A DNA stretch of 48,288 bases, taken from the IMG/VR virus record IMGVR_UViG_3300014208_000013, positions 1 to 48,288 of that record; one strand, 5' to 3'. The notes below the pieces were generated by a model that saw only the letters and a program-made list of their open reading frames with translations, made no database searches and had not been told where the DNA came from. The translations under genes were made by a program, and so were the position numbers. Every line of letters starts with the position of its first letter. Position 1 is the stretch's first letter. Positions 1-9,613 of the stretch are shown piece after piece. The stretch is from a virus (lineage: Duplodnaviria > Caudoviricetes).

Positions 1-120
1 CCTTAGGCTCTTCAACCTTAGGCTCTTCAACCTTAGGCTCTTCAACCTTAGGCTCTTCAACCTTAGGCTCTTCAACCTTAGGCTCTTCAACCTTAGGCTC
101 TTCAACCTTAGGCTCTTCAA
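1..120. repeat. 15-bp tandem repeat CCTTAGGCTCTTCAA x8 (left end)
   Basis: Read directly; the minus strand encodes VEEPK units. Confidence 0.98.
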
Positions 121-136
121 TTTTTCTTTTCGCCAT
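1..136 (-). CDS. 5' part of a small VEEPK-repeat protein spanning the contig break (MAKRKIEEPK(VEEPK)n...)
   Basis: ATG at 136 follows the stop of 148..855; the frame reads GTT GAA GAG CCT AAG repeats. Confidence 0.85.
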   Translation of the reverse strand, partial: MAKRKIEEPKVEEPKVEEPKVEEPKVEEPKVEEPKVEEPKVEEPK

Positions 137-147
137 AAATTTTATAG

Positions 148-855
148 TTACTCGTAAATACTGCTATTACTATCAACTCGCTTTAGCACAACAGTTACTT
201 TCATATTCCTATCAGCGGTTCCAAGCTCTGTTTCGGTAGTAGATAATTTACAATCTGCCGTAGTACATAAGGCGGTTAAATAAGCGCCATCAGCCAAAAC
301 TACCCGCTGAGTAGAGGAGGCATATCCAGCAAAGTTAGAACCACTGCCAATAGCAGTATTCAAGTCCATTGTAAGATTTTTAGTAAACGCGCTTACTTGC
401 GTGCTAAATAAAGGAGTTGAAGTGCCAAAATCAGAATAAGCCGTGCTTCCCTGAGTAGAGATTATTTGCATCAGCGTTCCCGAAGCGATAGTATTCGGCC
501 CCATTTCCATTATCACGTTATCAACATAAAATTCTCCGGTTGCCGGATTGGTTATGGCTACACCGGTAGTGGTAATGTCGTCGTAATCCAAAAACTTGGT
601 TAAAACGACATCCCCTGGTTTAGCTGAATAACCAACCGTCGGTTCCGCCGGAGCCGGTTCAACCACCGGAGCCGGAGCCGTGGCAATTTCATTTAACTTT
701 AACTGAAGAAATGACGACATTATTTGATCCAAAATATTCGGATCTTTATCGGTTTGCGCATTGACAAGGAAAGAAACTCCTCCAACAATCATCAATGCAA
801 TGCCGACAAAAAACACCGCGTAAGACTTCAGCATTGATTTTTTAATCTTTTTCAT
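148..855 (-). CDS. Putative virion protein with N-terminal signal/TM segment and Pro-rich linker
   Basis: Directly after the capsid gene; basic N-terminus, hydrophobic stretch, PAPAPVVEPAPAEPTVG linker, Ser/Thr-rich beta-type domain. Confidence 0.6.
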   Translation of the reverse strand: MKKIKKSMLKSYAVFFVGIALMIVGGVSFLVNAQTDKDPNILDQIMSSFLQLKLNEIATAPAPVVEPAPAEPTVGYSAKPGDVVLTKFLDYDDITTTGVAITNPATGEFYVDNVIMEMGPNTIASGTLMQIISTQGSTAYSDFGTSTPLFSTQVSAFTKNLTMDLNTAIGSGSNFAGYASSTQRVVLADGAYLTALCTTADCKLSTTETELGTADRNMKVTVVLKRVDSNSSIYE

Positions 856-873
856 AATAATTGGTTAGAGTTT

Positions 874-1902
874 TTAAGATGTCGGGCATGATCCGATTAT
901 TCCTTTTCCTGTCGGAACGCAAATTCCATAACGGGCATAAGTGGAGTAAGTCCAATTATAGTTATGGATGTCCATTCCTGCGTTAGTGTCGGAGGGCGAT
1001 AAGAACTGCGGATTAATCCACATTCCAAGATACGCCTGCCAACCAGCCGCTCCTTGACCGGTCGCCGCCACAAACCACCAGCGTCTCTTAGTGGAATCAT
1101 AAGCTCCGGCCGCGGTAGTGGCTAAATCAGGAAGAATTACATGTTTATAACCAGTATAAACATTAGTAATTCCCGCCTGAACCGCCTCAACATCAGCCAT
1201 TGAATTAATCATTTGCTTAATTAGCCTGACAGTTCCTGGATCGTCGCCGGAAATTATAGTATTGAATCTCATGCTTTTCTTCTCTCCGAAGTTGGTCAGA
1301 ATCTGATTAGTGGAAAGAAGTAAAGCGGCTTCAAAAGCGGCCTGAGAAAATACCGGATCGCCGGATACGCGATTAGAATAAGTCGTTGAACTAAAAACGA
1401 GCGTGTGGGCGGAATATAAAAGCGGATTGCCGTCGCCGACGGTAGTTACCACACTGTCTCCGTTTTTGTCAGTATAACTACTCGCAGTACTGAACGAAAG
1501 CCGATGAGTTAAATCCAAATCCATTCTGTTCTGGCAGAAATTGGCAAGCGAAGTAATAAGGCTTCCCACCTCGTTATAACGGTTGTCGTTTCGCATTTCC
1601 AAAGTAATATCAATTTCTTTGGAAAAAGTGCGAGCCGTCATATCAATCTGGTAGCCAACTCCGGCTTTCGCTTTTTTTGAATTAGCTCCTTCACCTTTGT
1701 GATCGGCGTATTTCTCAATGTCAATCTCGTTGTATCTCTTTGAACTTCCCTGACCAGCGCCGACCGGTTCGGTAATAAAGAGCTGTTGAATATTCTTCGG
1801 ATATTCTTCCTGCATCTGCAGCCACTCATGCCTAACCAAATCTGTCATTTCCGGCAGGGTAAGAGTATTCAGAAGAGTTGTTTGATTTCCGTATGTTGCC
1901 AT
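874..1902 (-). CDS. Major capsid protein (HK97 fold likely)
   Basis: 342 aa, downstream of portal, scaffold and cement genes; GDGNPLLYSAH resembles the GDG-LF-x-AH motif of Mu gpT-like capsids. Confidence 0.8.
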   Translation of the reverse strand: MATYGNQTTLLNTLTLPEMTDLVRHEWLQMQEEYPKNIQQLFITEPVGAGQGSSKRYNEIDIEKYADHKGEGANSKKAKAGVGYQIDMTARTFSKEIDITLEMRNDNRYNEVGSLITSLANFCQNRMDLDLTHRLSFSTASSYTDKNGDSVVTTVGDGNPLLYSAHTLVFSSTTYSNRVSGDPVFSQAAFEAALLLSTNQILTNFGEKKSMRFNTIISGDDPGTVRLIKQMINSMADVEAVQAGITNVYTGYKHVILPDLATTAAGAYDSTKRRWWFVAATGQGAAGWQAYLGMWINPQFLSPSDTNAGMDIHNYNWTYSTYARYGICVPTGKGIIGSCPTS

Positions 1903-1918
1903 AAAATTAAATTAGTTA

Positions 1919-2350
1919 TTAAGTGGTTGCAGTCCTTAAGATATTAATTCTTGAAGCGATTTTAACTAGAACGGTGCTTGCATCAACCACGCCTACGACC
2001 AATAAAGCGTCCTTGGATGAAGCAGTCGCATCGGCGACCACTGAACTGGTTAAATCAATATAAGTCCCAACCAATGCGGTTAAGGTGGCGACGGTAGAAG
2101 CGGCAACGCCAACCTGAAAAATATCATTTTCACCAGCTACATCAATCGGGATTTTGGTGGTTGAAGCATAATCAGCATCAGTTGATGCGATTGTCTTCAT
2201 ACAAATTCCCAAATGATCGCCGGAAGTAGCGTCAGCCGCGTTGACTCCGCCAGAAATGAGATAGGTTAAAGCTCCATTAGCTATCGCTACCGAAGCGGTT
2301 TTAGCCCAATACTCAATATTTGGCTTGCCAGAAACTCTTACAAATGCCAT
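1919..2350 (-). CDS. Capsid cement/decoration protein
   Basis: Likely start MAFVRVSG at 2350; small Ala/Thr/Val-rich protein immediately before the capsid gene. Confidence 0.65.
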   Translation of the reverse strand: MAFVRVSGKPNIEYWAKTASVAIANGALTYLISGGVNAADATSGDHLGICMKTIASTDADYASTTKIPIDVAGENDIFQVGVAASTVATLTALVGTYIDLTSSVVADATASSKDALLVVGVVDASTVLVKIASRINILRTATT

Positions 2351-2552
2351 AAGTTTAGTATTATTGTTAATTAAAATGCACACTAAATTAGCGTGCATAT
2401 TCTTTGCTTTTTCAGGGGTTGCATCCCGTAAGAATACGAGTTTTATCACGGCATCGTTAGCCGGTTAATTGTCGTTATTGTTTACATCGCAATAACACGA
2501 GTTTTGATGGCTTCTGCCCTTACCTAACTAGCACAAGCCATCTGAACTATTG

Positions 2553-2966
2553 TTATTTCCCGATATTTATAAGAACCTCGTGAATATCGCGCATGGTAAT
2601 ATCCAGTTCATCTTTCCATTTAGCTTCAAACGCCCGCTCAAACGAACGGTCTATGGACATGATTACCATTTCTCTTGACTTATCAAACGCCTGTAAAACC
2701 AACTGGAATAAAAATGTCCTTTCGCTGTATCGGATGTCGCTTTCAAGCATTAAAGTCAAAACCTTAACCGCGAAATTTTCATATCTTTCTTTAACATATT
2801 CTTTGATTTTACCTTCCTTATCCGCCAGTTCTCCAATCGGCAATTTTTCCTCAGCAATCATTTTAATAATCTTCTCGGCCACAGGAATACACCGCACCAA
2901 TCTATCTTGATATTCTTTATCAATGGCTCGTTCCTTGCCTTTCATTATTTTTTTAAAATCGGTCAT
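2553..2966 (-). CDS. Hypothetical protein (head module)
   Basis: 137-aa ORF, start overlaps the upstream stop. Confidence 0.7.
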   Translation of the reverse strand: MTDFKKIMKGKERAIDKEYQDRLVRCIPVAEKIIKMIAEEKLPIGELADKEGKIKEYVKERYENFAVKVLTLMLESDIRYSERTFLFQLVLQAFDKSREMVIMSIDRSFERAFEAKWKDELDITMRDIHEVLINIGK

Positions 2967-3565
2967 AAATTCAAGGCTAAGTGATTTAATTTAACAAGCT
3001 CTCCCTTGCGTTCGCCATCAGGAATTTCAAGGGTATAATCGTCATCAGTTCTGACTTCAATGTCTTCAATCTCAACCTGTTGAAAATTCTTTTCATCTTT
3101 GGGATTGGTGTTCTGCGTCAAAAACTCTCCATGATTAATGTCAGCTTGCTTTTTATCAATCTTTTTGATTTTAAATTTCTTCCGTTCAGCTTCGTTAAGA
3201 AAATTAATATAATCCAGCGTATGAATTTTTCCGTCTTCGGTCTGTATTGAAGCGTATAGCCTGTCCTCGTCGGTCTTATTGACTTCGCTAAATTTATGTT
3301 CAACCCAAGTCTTTAAAATTTTAGTAACTATTTTTCCTTCGTAAAAAGCGATAGTTGCCGTCCTTTCTTTGACCTTTTCTATTTTTTTTACCCCGCCTTC
3401 TTCAATTTGTTTTAACCTTAAAAGTATCTCGTTCCATTCTGATCTCGGAACGGAAACCGTATCATTTTTTTCTTTAATTTTTTCCGCCGGGCCGGTAATA
3501 AGCGGAAATTCATTCTCCGGTTTTTGCCCGAAAGTTCTTTCCGTTAAAGGAGTTTTATTATCCAT
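2963..3565 (-). CDS. Hypothetical protein (head module)
   Basis: 200-aa charged ORF in operon context. Confidence 0.7.
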   Translation of the reverse strand: MDNKTPLTERTFGQKPENEFPLITGPAEKIKEKNDTVSVPRSEWNEILLRLKQIEEGGVKKIEKVKERTATIAFYEGKIVTKILKTWVEHKFSEVNKTDEDRLYASIQTEDGKIHTLDYINFLNEAERKKFKIKKIDKKQADINHGEFLTQNTNPKDEKNFQQVEIEDIEVRTDDDYTLEIPDGERKGELVKLNHLALNL

Positions 3566-3577
3566 ATATTTGATAAA

Positions 3578-4243
3578 TTATTTATTAGCCTTTTTCTTAA
3601 ATGAAGATAAGCCCATCATCTCGCCCAATCCTTTACCTTGATTGGATTGAGAAAAATCGTCTTTACTGCCGTCAACCGACACATGAGCGCCTCCGCCGAC
3701 CGCGCTGTTATAAACTCTTTTTATCGGGTTCCCGGCTCTGTCGGGAAAAACCTTAGCTTCGGCCAATGACAGATTTTCTTCCACCGATCCTCCGATAGCC
3801 ATTAATTTATCAAACACCGGCTCAATTTTTTTGCGTTCTTCTTCGCTAAAACCTGATAACGCTCCATCCTTATTTATTTTTAAAGTAGCGGAGCTAATGC
3901 CCTGGGAAATTTTATCCTCAATCATTTTACCAATCTCTTCAGCCGATAATCCCTGAGCGTTGGCTTTTACCTGCCCGGTTTTTTCGTCAATCTCTACACC
4001 TTTGCCTTTCAACGCGCTAACCGCGTTTTTGTAGGCGGTTCTTAAACCGCGAATGTCCTGATTTTGATTTTCTTTTAAATCCTTTATTTTTTCTTCCAAT
4101 GTTTCTCCCTCGCCCAAACCTAATTCTTCATTAAGTTTTGTGATAGATTCCTGCAACTTAGTAGCCTCTTCGCTTTTTGCTTTAAACTCATCTTCCAGAT
4201 AGACGGTTTTCTTTTCGCCGTCAATCTCCACTTCATGTGGCAT
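3578..4243 (-). CDS. Capsid scaffolding protein
   Basis: Charged coiled-coil protein with a flexible Gly-rich C-terminus between portal and capsid. Confidence 0.65.
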   Translation of the reverse strand: MPHEVEIDGEKKTVYLEDEFKAKSEEATKLQESITKLNEELGLGEGETLEEKIKDLKENQNQDIRGLRTAYKNAVSALKGKGVEIDEKTGQVKANAQGLSAEEIGKMIEDKISQGISSATLKINKDGALSGFSEEERKKIEPVFDKLMAIGGSVEENLSLAEAKVFPDRAGNPIKRVYNSAVGGGAHVSVDGSKDDFSQSNQGKGLGEMMGLSSFKKKANK

Positions 4244-4313
4244 AATTTTAGGACGCTTTACTTCCCCGCTAAGAATTGATCAAGCCCTTAGGTGGCTGAA
4301 AGCTATTTAATTA

Positions 4314-4772
4314 TTAAACTGCTTCAAAAACCTCATCCTCGCTCGGCTTCTTGATGCTCGGATCATATATTCCCTCCAGCCGTTCTTTAATCAAATCAAC
4401 CGCGTTTATCGTCATCCTGACATTCATCGTGTCTTCGTGATTTTTTGACTCCCTGGCTATGTATTCAACCTGGTCGGCGATCAAGTGGTTAAGCTCGTTG
4501 ATAAACGATTTATTTTTAATCACCTGCTGAATTTCATTATAATACAATTTCTTGTCGTTGTCGCTTAATTCTTCATAATCAAACCATTCAATCCCGCGCT
4601 TCATCACTTTTTCCAAAACAACTTCGGCGGTTGATTTTTTTTCCAACTCGTCAATCCGTAAAACCAAATATTCTTTTTCCGTCAATAACTTATCAACATC
4701 AGCTTCCAATTCAAAAATCCTGCGTCCATTATCACCCCACTTCTTAATTTTTTCTTTGATATTACTGAACAT
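4314..4772 (-). CDS. Hypothetical protein following portal
   Basis: 152-aa helical ORF overlapping the portal stop. Confidence 0.7.
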   Translation of the reverse strand: MFSNIKEKIKKWGDNGRRIFELEADVDKLLTEKEYLVLRIDELEKKSTAEVVLEKVMKRGIEWFDYEELSDNDKKLYYNEIQQVIKNKSFINELNHLIADQVEYIARESKNHEDTMNVRMTINAVDLIKERLEGIYDPSIKKPSEDEVFEAV

Positions 4773-6777
4773 TGCTTTCCATTGTATTTAAGCTCGGCCT
4801 GTTAGTTTGACCGGCCATAGCCCCCTCCTGCATCTGATCGCCCATTTCCGACTGCCCAGCGCCCTCCAGAGCGGAAATCTGAGCCAATAGGTTCTCACCC
4901 TGGGACTTAGCTTCGTCGCTCGCCGGTTGATTGGCCGGAGCGGTTTTTTTAAACATATCTTTAATCTGCCAAGTAAACTCGTATTCATCAATAATTTTAT
5001 CGTCATTCAGCGGACGCTTGGTTACTGCCATAATATCCACTGCCTGTTTGAGCTTATCAGCGAACATCACCTTTGACAAAGCGCTGCCGTCCCTTTCGCG
5101 CGGAGCGACGGTGATATACCAAAATGACGGTATGTCCTGCAACTGCTTAACATTAACAAACCTAATCCGCGTCGGCCGGCCAGCCAGCTCCTCTACTCGC
5201 TCATAACGGTAAACCTCCTCCATTTCCTCCCGCATCATCGGCCGATCGGTAAACTGCACGATTTTCTTGCCCCGCTTGCCGTTTTCAAACTGCGCGTCCA
5301 TTATGGTAAATTTCTCGTAAATATCAAAAAGCGAATCTGTCGCCTTATCATATTCCCGGCTGACCGGGCTGACAAAATTCTCCAAAAGATTATAAATCCG
5401 CAAATACGAAGCGTCGCGCTTGGCCGACATAAACGCCAAAACCGAAAGCCCAAGCTGTTTAATAAACTGCTTTTGCTGATTGACTATTTCCGTGGCTGTC
5501 GGCGATCCGCCCTCTTTAATACCTTGCGCCGTGTTAGACGCTCCGATAAATTCCTCGGTTTTTTTCTCAATCAAATCGTAAAGAGCGAACTCTGAATTTG
5601 TTATGCCCTGATTGGTCTTATTTAAAACTTCAAAATCATCAGCCTTAACGCCGTAAGTAACCGCCCCGGCCGTCCAGATGTCTTTGGAAAATATCTTCTT
5701 GCCCTTGCTCGCGAGCGGCGGCTCAATCGCCTGTCTAAACTTCCTAATAAGAAGCCGGATGGTTTCGCTATTTAACCCCTGCAAAGTTTTGGCGCTGGCG
5801 GTCAACGGCTTGCCATAAGCGCAATCCTCGCCCATAGCCTTTAAAACCGACATCTTCATCGGATACCGGCGGTCTTCGGTTACGGTATAAAAAAGCGGAG
5901 CTGGTTCGTCAAACATCAAAACGCCGTTAATCATTATCTGATATTCGTCGTTGTGCGGATCAAGATAATGAATTTCCTCAACCTCCTCGCCGTCAATTTT
6001 ATACATCCGATAGCCGAAAGGCGAATTAGCCAAACTACCGCCCTTAGCCACATGCTTCCAATTCTTCCATCCGCCGTAATAAATTTTAGCTTCATCATAA
6101 GTCCGGCGGACATATTTTAAAATATATGGCTGTTCCTGAAAACGATAAGCCGGAATATTCATATCGCCCAAAAATACCTGCAAATTAGTGAGCAATCTCT
6201 TCCGCGCCCGATGAAAAACTACCGGCTTTTTCTTTTCTTTTTCAATCAGGCCATTTTTACCAATAATTGATCGTCCCCGGTTAAAATAAGTGGCGTATTC
6301 GTCAGTCTCTTCAATAAAAACCGCCCGCTGGGTCAATAGTTCCCTCACAAACGCCTGCCAAAAATCGTCATCTCTTTCAATCTGGTTCGTCCGGGTGATA
6401 ATATCCATGAAATCCTGCCCCAGCCCCCTGAGTTCATTGTCGTTCTGGTCAAACACTTGCGCCTCCGGCTGTAAGTTCATCCCAACCAGCTCATTAAAAA
6501 CCACTTCAATTTTCTTTTCCGTCGTACCGGTAACAATCCGCACCTCATCATCATTTTTCTTTGGTGGCAGATAAGCGTTCGCCGCCCGCTTATTTAAAAT
6601 ATAGTCAGTTTCCAAATTAAGGCCATCGAACTCCTCGCGCGCTTGCTGTCGCTGCATGCGCGCCTTATCAAAGCGCCGCAAATAATAAGCATACACCTCT
6701 TTCTGGGCGTCGCTTGGCGCGTAGCCCTCAAATTTATCAACTTTTAGTTCCTCAGTTAATCCCGGCGATTTTTCCAT
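4762..6777 (-). CDS. Portal protein (P22-like)
   Basis: 671 aa after TerL; G-x-S-N-T-A-Q-G...TATEI motif and Gln/Met-rich tail typical of podovirus portals. Confidence 0.85.
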   Translation of the reverse strand: MEKSPGLTEELKVDKFEGYAPSDAQKEVYAYYLRRFDKARMQRQQAREEFDGLNLETDYILNKRAANAYLPPKKNDDEVRIVTGTTEKKIEVVFNELVGMNLQPEAQVFDQNDNELRGLGQDFMDIITRTNQIERDDDFWQAFVRELLTQRAVFIEETDEYATYFNRGRSIIGKNGLIEKEKKKPVVFHRARKRLLTNLQVFLGDMNIPAYRFQEQPYILKYVRRTYDEAKIYYGGWKNWKHVAKGGSLANSPFGYRMYKIDGEEVEEIHYLDPHNDEYQIMINGVLMFDEPAPLFYTVTEDRRYPMKMSVLKAMGEDCAYGKPLTASAKTLQGLNSETIRLLIRKFRQAIEPPLASKGKKIFSKDIWTAGAVTYGVKADDFEVLNKTNQGITNSEFALYDLIEKKTEEFIGASNTAQGIKEGGSPTATEIVNQQKQFIKQLGLSVLAFMSAKRDASYLRIYNLLENFVSPVSREYDKATDSLFDIYEKFTIMDAQFENGKRGKKIVQFTDRPMMREEMEEVYRYERVEELAGRPTRIRFVNVKQLQDIPSFWYITVAPRERDGSALSKVMFADKLKQAVDIMAVTKRPLNDDKIIDEYEFTWQIKDMFKKTAPANQPASDEAKSQGENLLAQISALEGAGQSEMGDQMQEGAMAGQTNRPSLNTMESNVQ

Positions 6778-6783
6778 AATATT

Positions 6784-7047
6784 TTATAAATCTGAAGTCT
6801 CGCAATTATATTTCCGACAAACCAGCGGTCGCTGGCCGTAAATAGAACATTGCCCATCCTTGTTTAAATGTCTGCAAGCCAAATCTAACTTTAAATAACA
6901 AATACCATTTTTAAAAATAACCTTGCACCTCTCATGATCAGCTATCCACCTCACCCAATCAACATCCTGCTCGCCTTCTTTCGCTAGCGCCAAGTAAAAT
7001 TCCTTACAACAATTACCGCATTGTTTAGGGCAGTTGTATTCATTCAT
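6784..7047 (-). CDS. YkgJ-family (CxxCxxCC) Fe-S/Zn-chelating protein
   Basis: CPKQCGNCC ... CRHL ... CSIYGQRPLVCRKYNC signature. Confidence 0.85.
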   Translation of the reverse strand: MNEYNCPKQCGNCCKEFYLALAKEGEQDVDWVRWIADHERCKVIFKNGICYLKLDLACRHLNKDGQCSIYGQRPLVCRKYNCETSDL

Positions 7048-8702
7048 ATCGCGCTGTGCCTGTCCATCCCCTGATTGCCGTAAAAAACGGTTTCAGGCTG
7101 ATTGGTTTGACCTGATTGTTCGAGTAAAGACATCTGCCCCGGCGTTACTGTTTCCACTTTTCCATAATCCTCAGTATCATCCGAAAAAGTCAGCGAAAGG
7201 GCATCGGCGTCATCTGGTGAATGATAGCCCTTTTTCCGCGCCTCCTTTTTCGGCATAATCTGTATTCTCTGCCGGCCGGAAGACCGCCTATACCGCACGG
7301 ACGTCAGTTGGTCTTCCCAAGCCGAGTGGCTTTCCAGCTCCCCGCCAGACTTAATCCACTTCCTCGCTCGAAAATAATAACAAGCCCTTTTATTTAAAAA
7401 TCTTTCCTGATCCTCGCTATCATCACAAGGATCTCCAACCATCACCCCCTTAACATAAAAACCAAATAAATAAAGCTCCCGCACTACATCCGCCCCAATG
7501 CCAAACATATCCACTGAAACATCCTCCGCCGCGATCCCCAGTCGCTCGCAAAGACCCACTGTCCGCTGAGCTATCTTTTTGGCATTTGATATTTCCTCCC
7601 TCAACACTATCTTCGCCCGAAAAGCATCCCGCGCCACCCAAGACGTATTATTTTTACCCTCTCCCGCCGGATCCAGCCCGAGCCTTAACCTTCCAACAAA
7701 AGGACTACCATCCTCAATATCCGAAACCGGAATCTGTATAATATCTTTTCTGGAAAGAAGCGGCACATAGCCCTGCTGATCCACCATATCCTCCCTAGGA
7801 AATTCCCCCAACACCCGTATCCTGTACTCATCCGATTCCTTGCCGTGCTTTTCCACAATCCGCGAGACATAATCCCAGTCAACCAACGGCGACTCCTCTG
7901 AACTAAACCTCAACACCTGCCAATTCTTAACATCTTTCCCTTTCTGACTCTCATAAAAATAACCAATCAAACGCGTCGGATTAGAAATCATTATAATCGT
8001 CGGCTTATGATCTGTCAGCGACCCTTCCATCGTATTAAAAATAGCATCATCAACTCCGCTTGCCTCATCAACCAGGGCCAAAATATATTCGCCGTGCATC
8101 CCAGCCAGCGCCTCAGGACTATCCTTCCTCGCCGTCCTTGCCCGCGCGAACCACGCCTCAGGGTGATCCTTAATCCGAATATACTGCGCCTGCCATTCAA
8201 ACCGCGACTGTACGCCGCGCGGCATCCTATTCAACCAAATAGAAACCTCTTTCCATAAAACATCATACATCTGGCTCTGCCCCGGCGCGGTGCAATTCAC
8301 CTGCGCCAAATAATGGCAATAAAGATACCAAAGAAGAAGCCATGAAACAGTCGCGCTCTTACCGCATCCATGTCCTGACCTGACCGAAATTCTGTCAGGC
8401 GCTTTCTTTGCTATCCCTCGCTCAACCGCCAATAAAATCACCCACTGCTGCCAAGAAAAATAACGCTCGCGAACACACTCATCCTTATTTTTAGCGACAA
8501 AATATTCGCCCCTGATTTCATCCAATTTCCCTGTCTCCACCAGAAGAGCAACAAGAGAAACATACTCTTCCTTCACTGGCTGGGGCTTCAATTTCCACAT
8601 CACCCCGATAAAATAAATCGGCGAATCCTGCATCTTTAAATATTCCGCCAAGTCTTGTTTTGTGTGTTTTTTTTCTTTTGGTTTCTTCTTGCTGGCAATC
8701 AT
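7044..8702 (-). CDS. terL: Terminase large subunit
   Basis: Walker A RSGHGCGKS, Walker B LVDEASG, ISNPT coupling motif, nuclease GLDPAGEG and SPDDADA. Likely ATG at 8702. Confidence 0.95.
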   Translation of the reverse strand: MIASKKKPKEKKHTKQDLAEYLKMQDSPIYFIGVMWKLKPQPVKEEYVSLVALLVETGKLDEIRGEYFVAKNKDECVRERYFSWQQWVILLAVERGIAKKAPDRISVRSGHGCGKSATVSWLLLWYLYCHYLAQVNCTAPGQSQMYDVLWKEVSIWLNRMPRGVQSRFEWQAQYIRIKDHPEAWFARARTARKDSPEALAGMHGEYILALVDEASGVDDAIFNTMEGSLTDHKPTIIMISNPTRLIGYFYESQKGKDVKNWQVLRFSSEESPLVDWDYVSRIVEKHGKESDEYRIRVLGEFPREDMVDQQGYVPLLSRKDIIQIPVSDIEDGSPFVGRLRLGLDPAGEGKNNTSWVARDAFRAKIVLREEISNAKKIAQRTVGLCERLGIAAEDVSVDMFGIGADVVRELYLFGFYVKGVMVGDPCDDSEDQERFLNKRACYYFRARKWIKSGGELESHSAWEDQLTSVRYRRSSGRQRIQIMPKKEARKKGYHSPDDADALSLTFSDDTEDYGKVETVTPGQMSLLEQSGQTNQPETVFYGNQGMDRHSAI

Positions 8703-8848
8703 AATCCCCCGCAAGAACAAGGGGCAACAATTTCAGTTGCCGCAATGTCCAGTATAAATTTAAACAAAGAATTAAACTTGAAAGACGAAGTGGCAAAAAA
8801 ATTATTTGATCCTCTTGCTTTCAAAATCCTTGTCCTCGCCGGGGATTG
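8703..8848 (-). ncRNA. Putative structured 5' leader RNA of terL
   Basis: The closing stem AATCCCC..AGGACAAGG / CCTTGTTCT..GGGGATT ends at the ATG; internal stems TTGAAAG/CTTTCAA and GGCAAC/GTTGCC. Confidence 0.5.
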
Positions 8849-9048
8849 TTAATGACATGTTTCTTTGTTTTTGTCAAGGAAAGTGTTTAAAAATTGTGAG
8901 CGATTTTGTGGGCAATACGTAATAGACGGCCGGGGTCTATTCTGGGGGGTCGCTCGGTTATGGTGGAATTTTTTTATTTAGTGTCTCTTAATGTGTGTTA
9001 ATGGACACTTTTTTAACATATTGGCTAACCTTGGATTAAATATAGCTG

Positions 9049-9459
9049 TTATTTTTTGTTTTTTTTAGCTCCGCGGGCATCCTTGGCAAGCTCAGCAAGA
9101 GAAAAGGAGCTCGTGATGTTGGCTTGGACTTCCAGCCTGTCCGCATAACCGCAGTTTTTGAGCATGAAGATCCCAATCGCCGTATTGACTTGCTTGTTAT
9201 TTACCCCAGATTCATAAAAATTCGCGCTAGTGGTTATAATTTTTTTTATGGTCTTCCTAAAGATTGGTTTTTCTGCCTCTAATTCTGTAAAATATCCATG
9301 CCAGACACCTAAACGTAAATATAGCGCGGTTAATAACGGTTGTTTTTTTTCTGCCTTACATTCGTCAAAATATTCCATAGCGACATTCCAAAGTTGCGCC
9401 GGAGTCCGCCAATAGGTTATTTTTTTTCTTCCGCTTTTCATCCCCTTTTTGCCAGCCAT
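9049..9459 (-). CDS. terS: Terminase small subunit (P22 gp3-like)
   Basis: TPAQLWNVAMEYFDEC...LTALYLRLG...IFMLKN.GYADR pattern upstream of terL; likely start MAGKK at 9459. Confidence 0.8.
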   Translation of the reverse strand: MAGKKGMKSGRKKITYWRTPAQLWNVAMEYFDECKAEKKQPLLTALYLRLGVWHGYFTELEAEKPIFRKTIKKIITTSANFYESGVNNKQVNTAIGIFMLKNCGYADRLEVQANITSSFSLAELAKDARGAKKNKK

Positions 9460-9523
9460 ATTGATATAAAAAAGCCATCGGATAAAATACATTCCGACGG
9501 CTTGAGTTTATTAATACAATTCC

Positions 9524-9552
9524 ATTATATCATTTTTTTAAAGCTCTTGCAA
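9524..9552 (-). promoter_or_regulatory. Sigma70-type promoter for terS
   Basis: TTGCAA-17 bp-TATAAT with extended -10 TG. Confidence 0.65.
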
Positions 9553-9613
9553 GGGCTAATATACTATTTATACCCTTTTCATCTCACCTAAGGGCAAATA
9601 GGGGCATACTTTT

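Noticed and set aside
1-120. Terminal repeats as a CRISPR array, telomere or phage direct terminal repeat
   Set aside because: Units are contiguous with no spacers and encode an in-frame VEEPK tract; best explained as an assembly break in a coding repeat.
7044-8702. Intein in TerL or the helicases
   Set aside because: Lengths are normal and no C/S...HN splice motifs or LAGLIDADG blocks were seen.
8849-8877. Sigma70 promoter directly upstream of the terL leader
   Set aside because: TTGACA is present on the minus strand but there is no convincing -10 at 16-18 bp.
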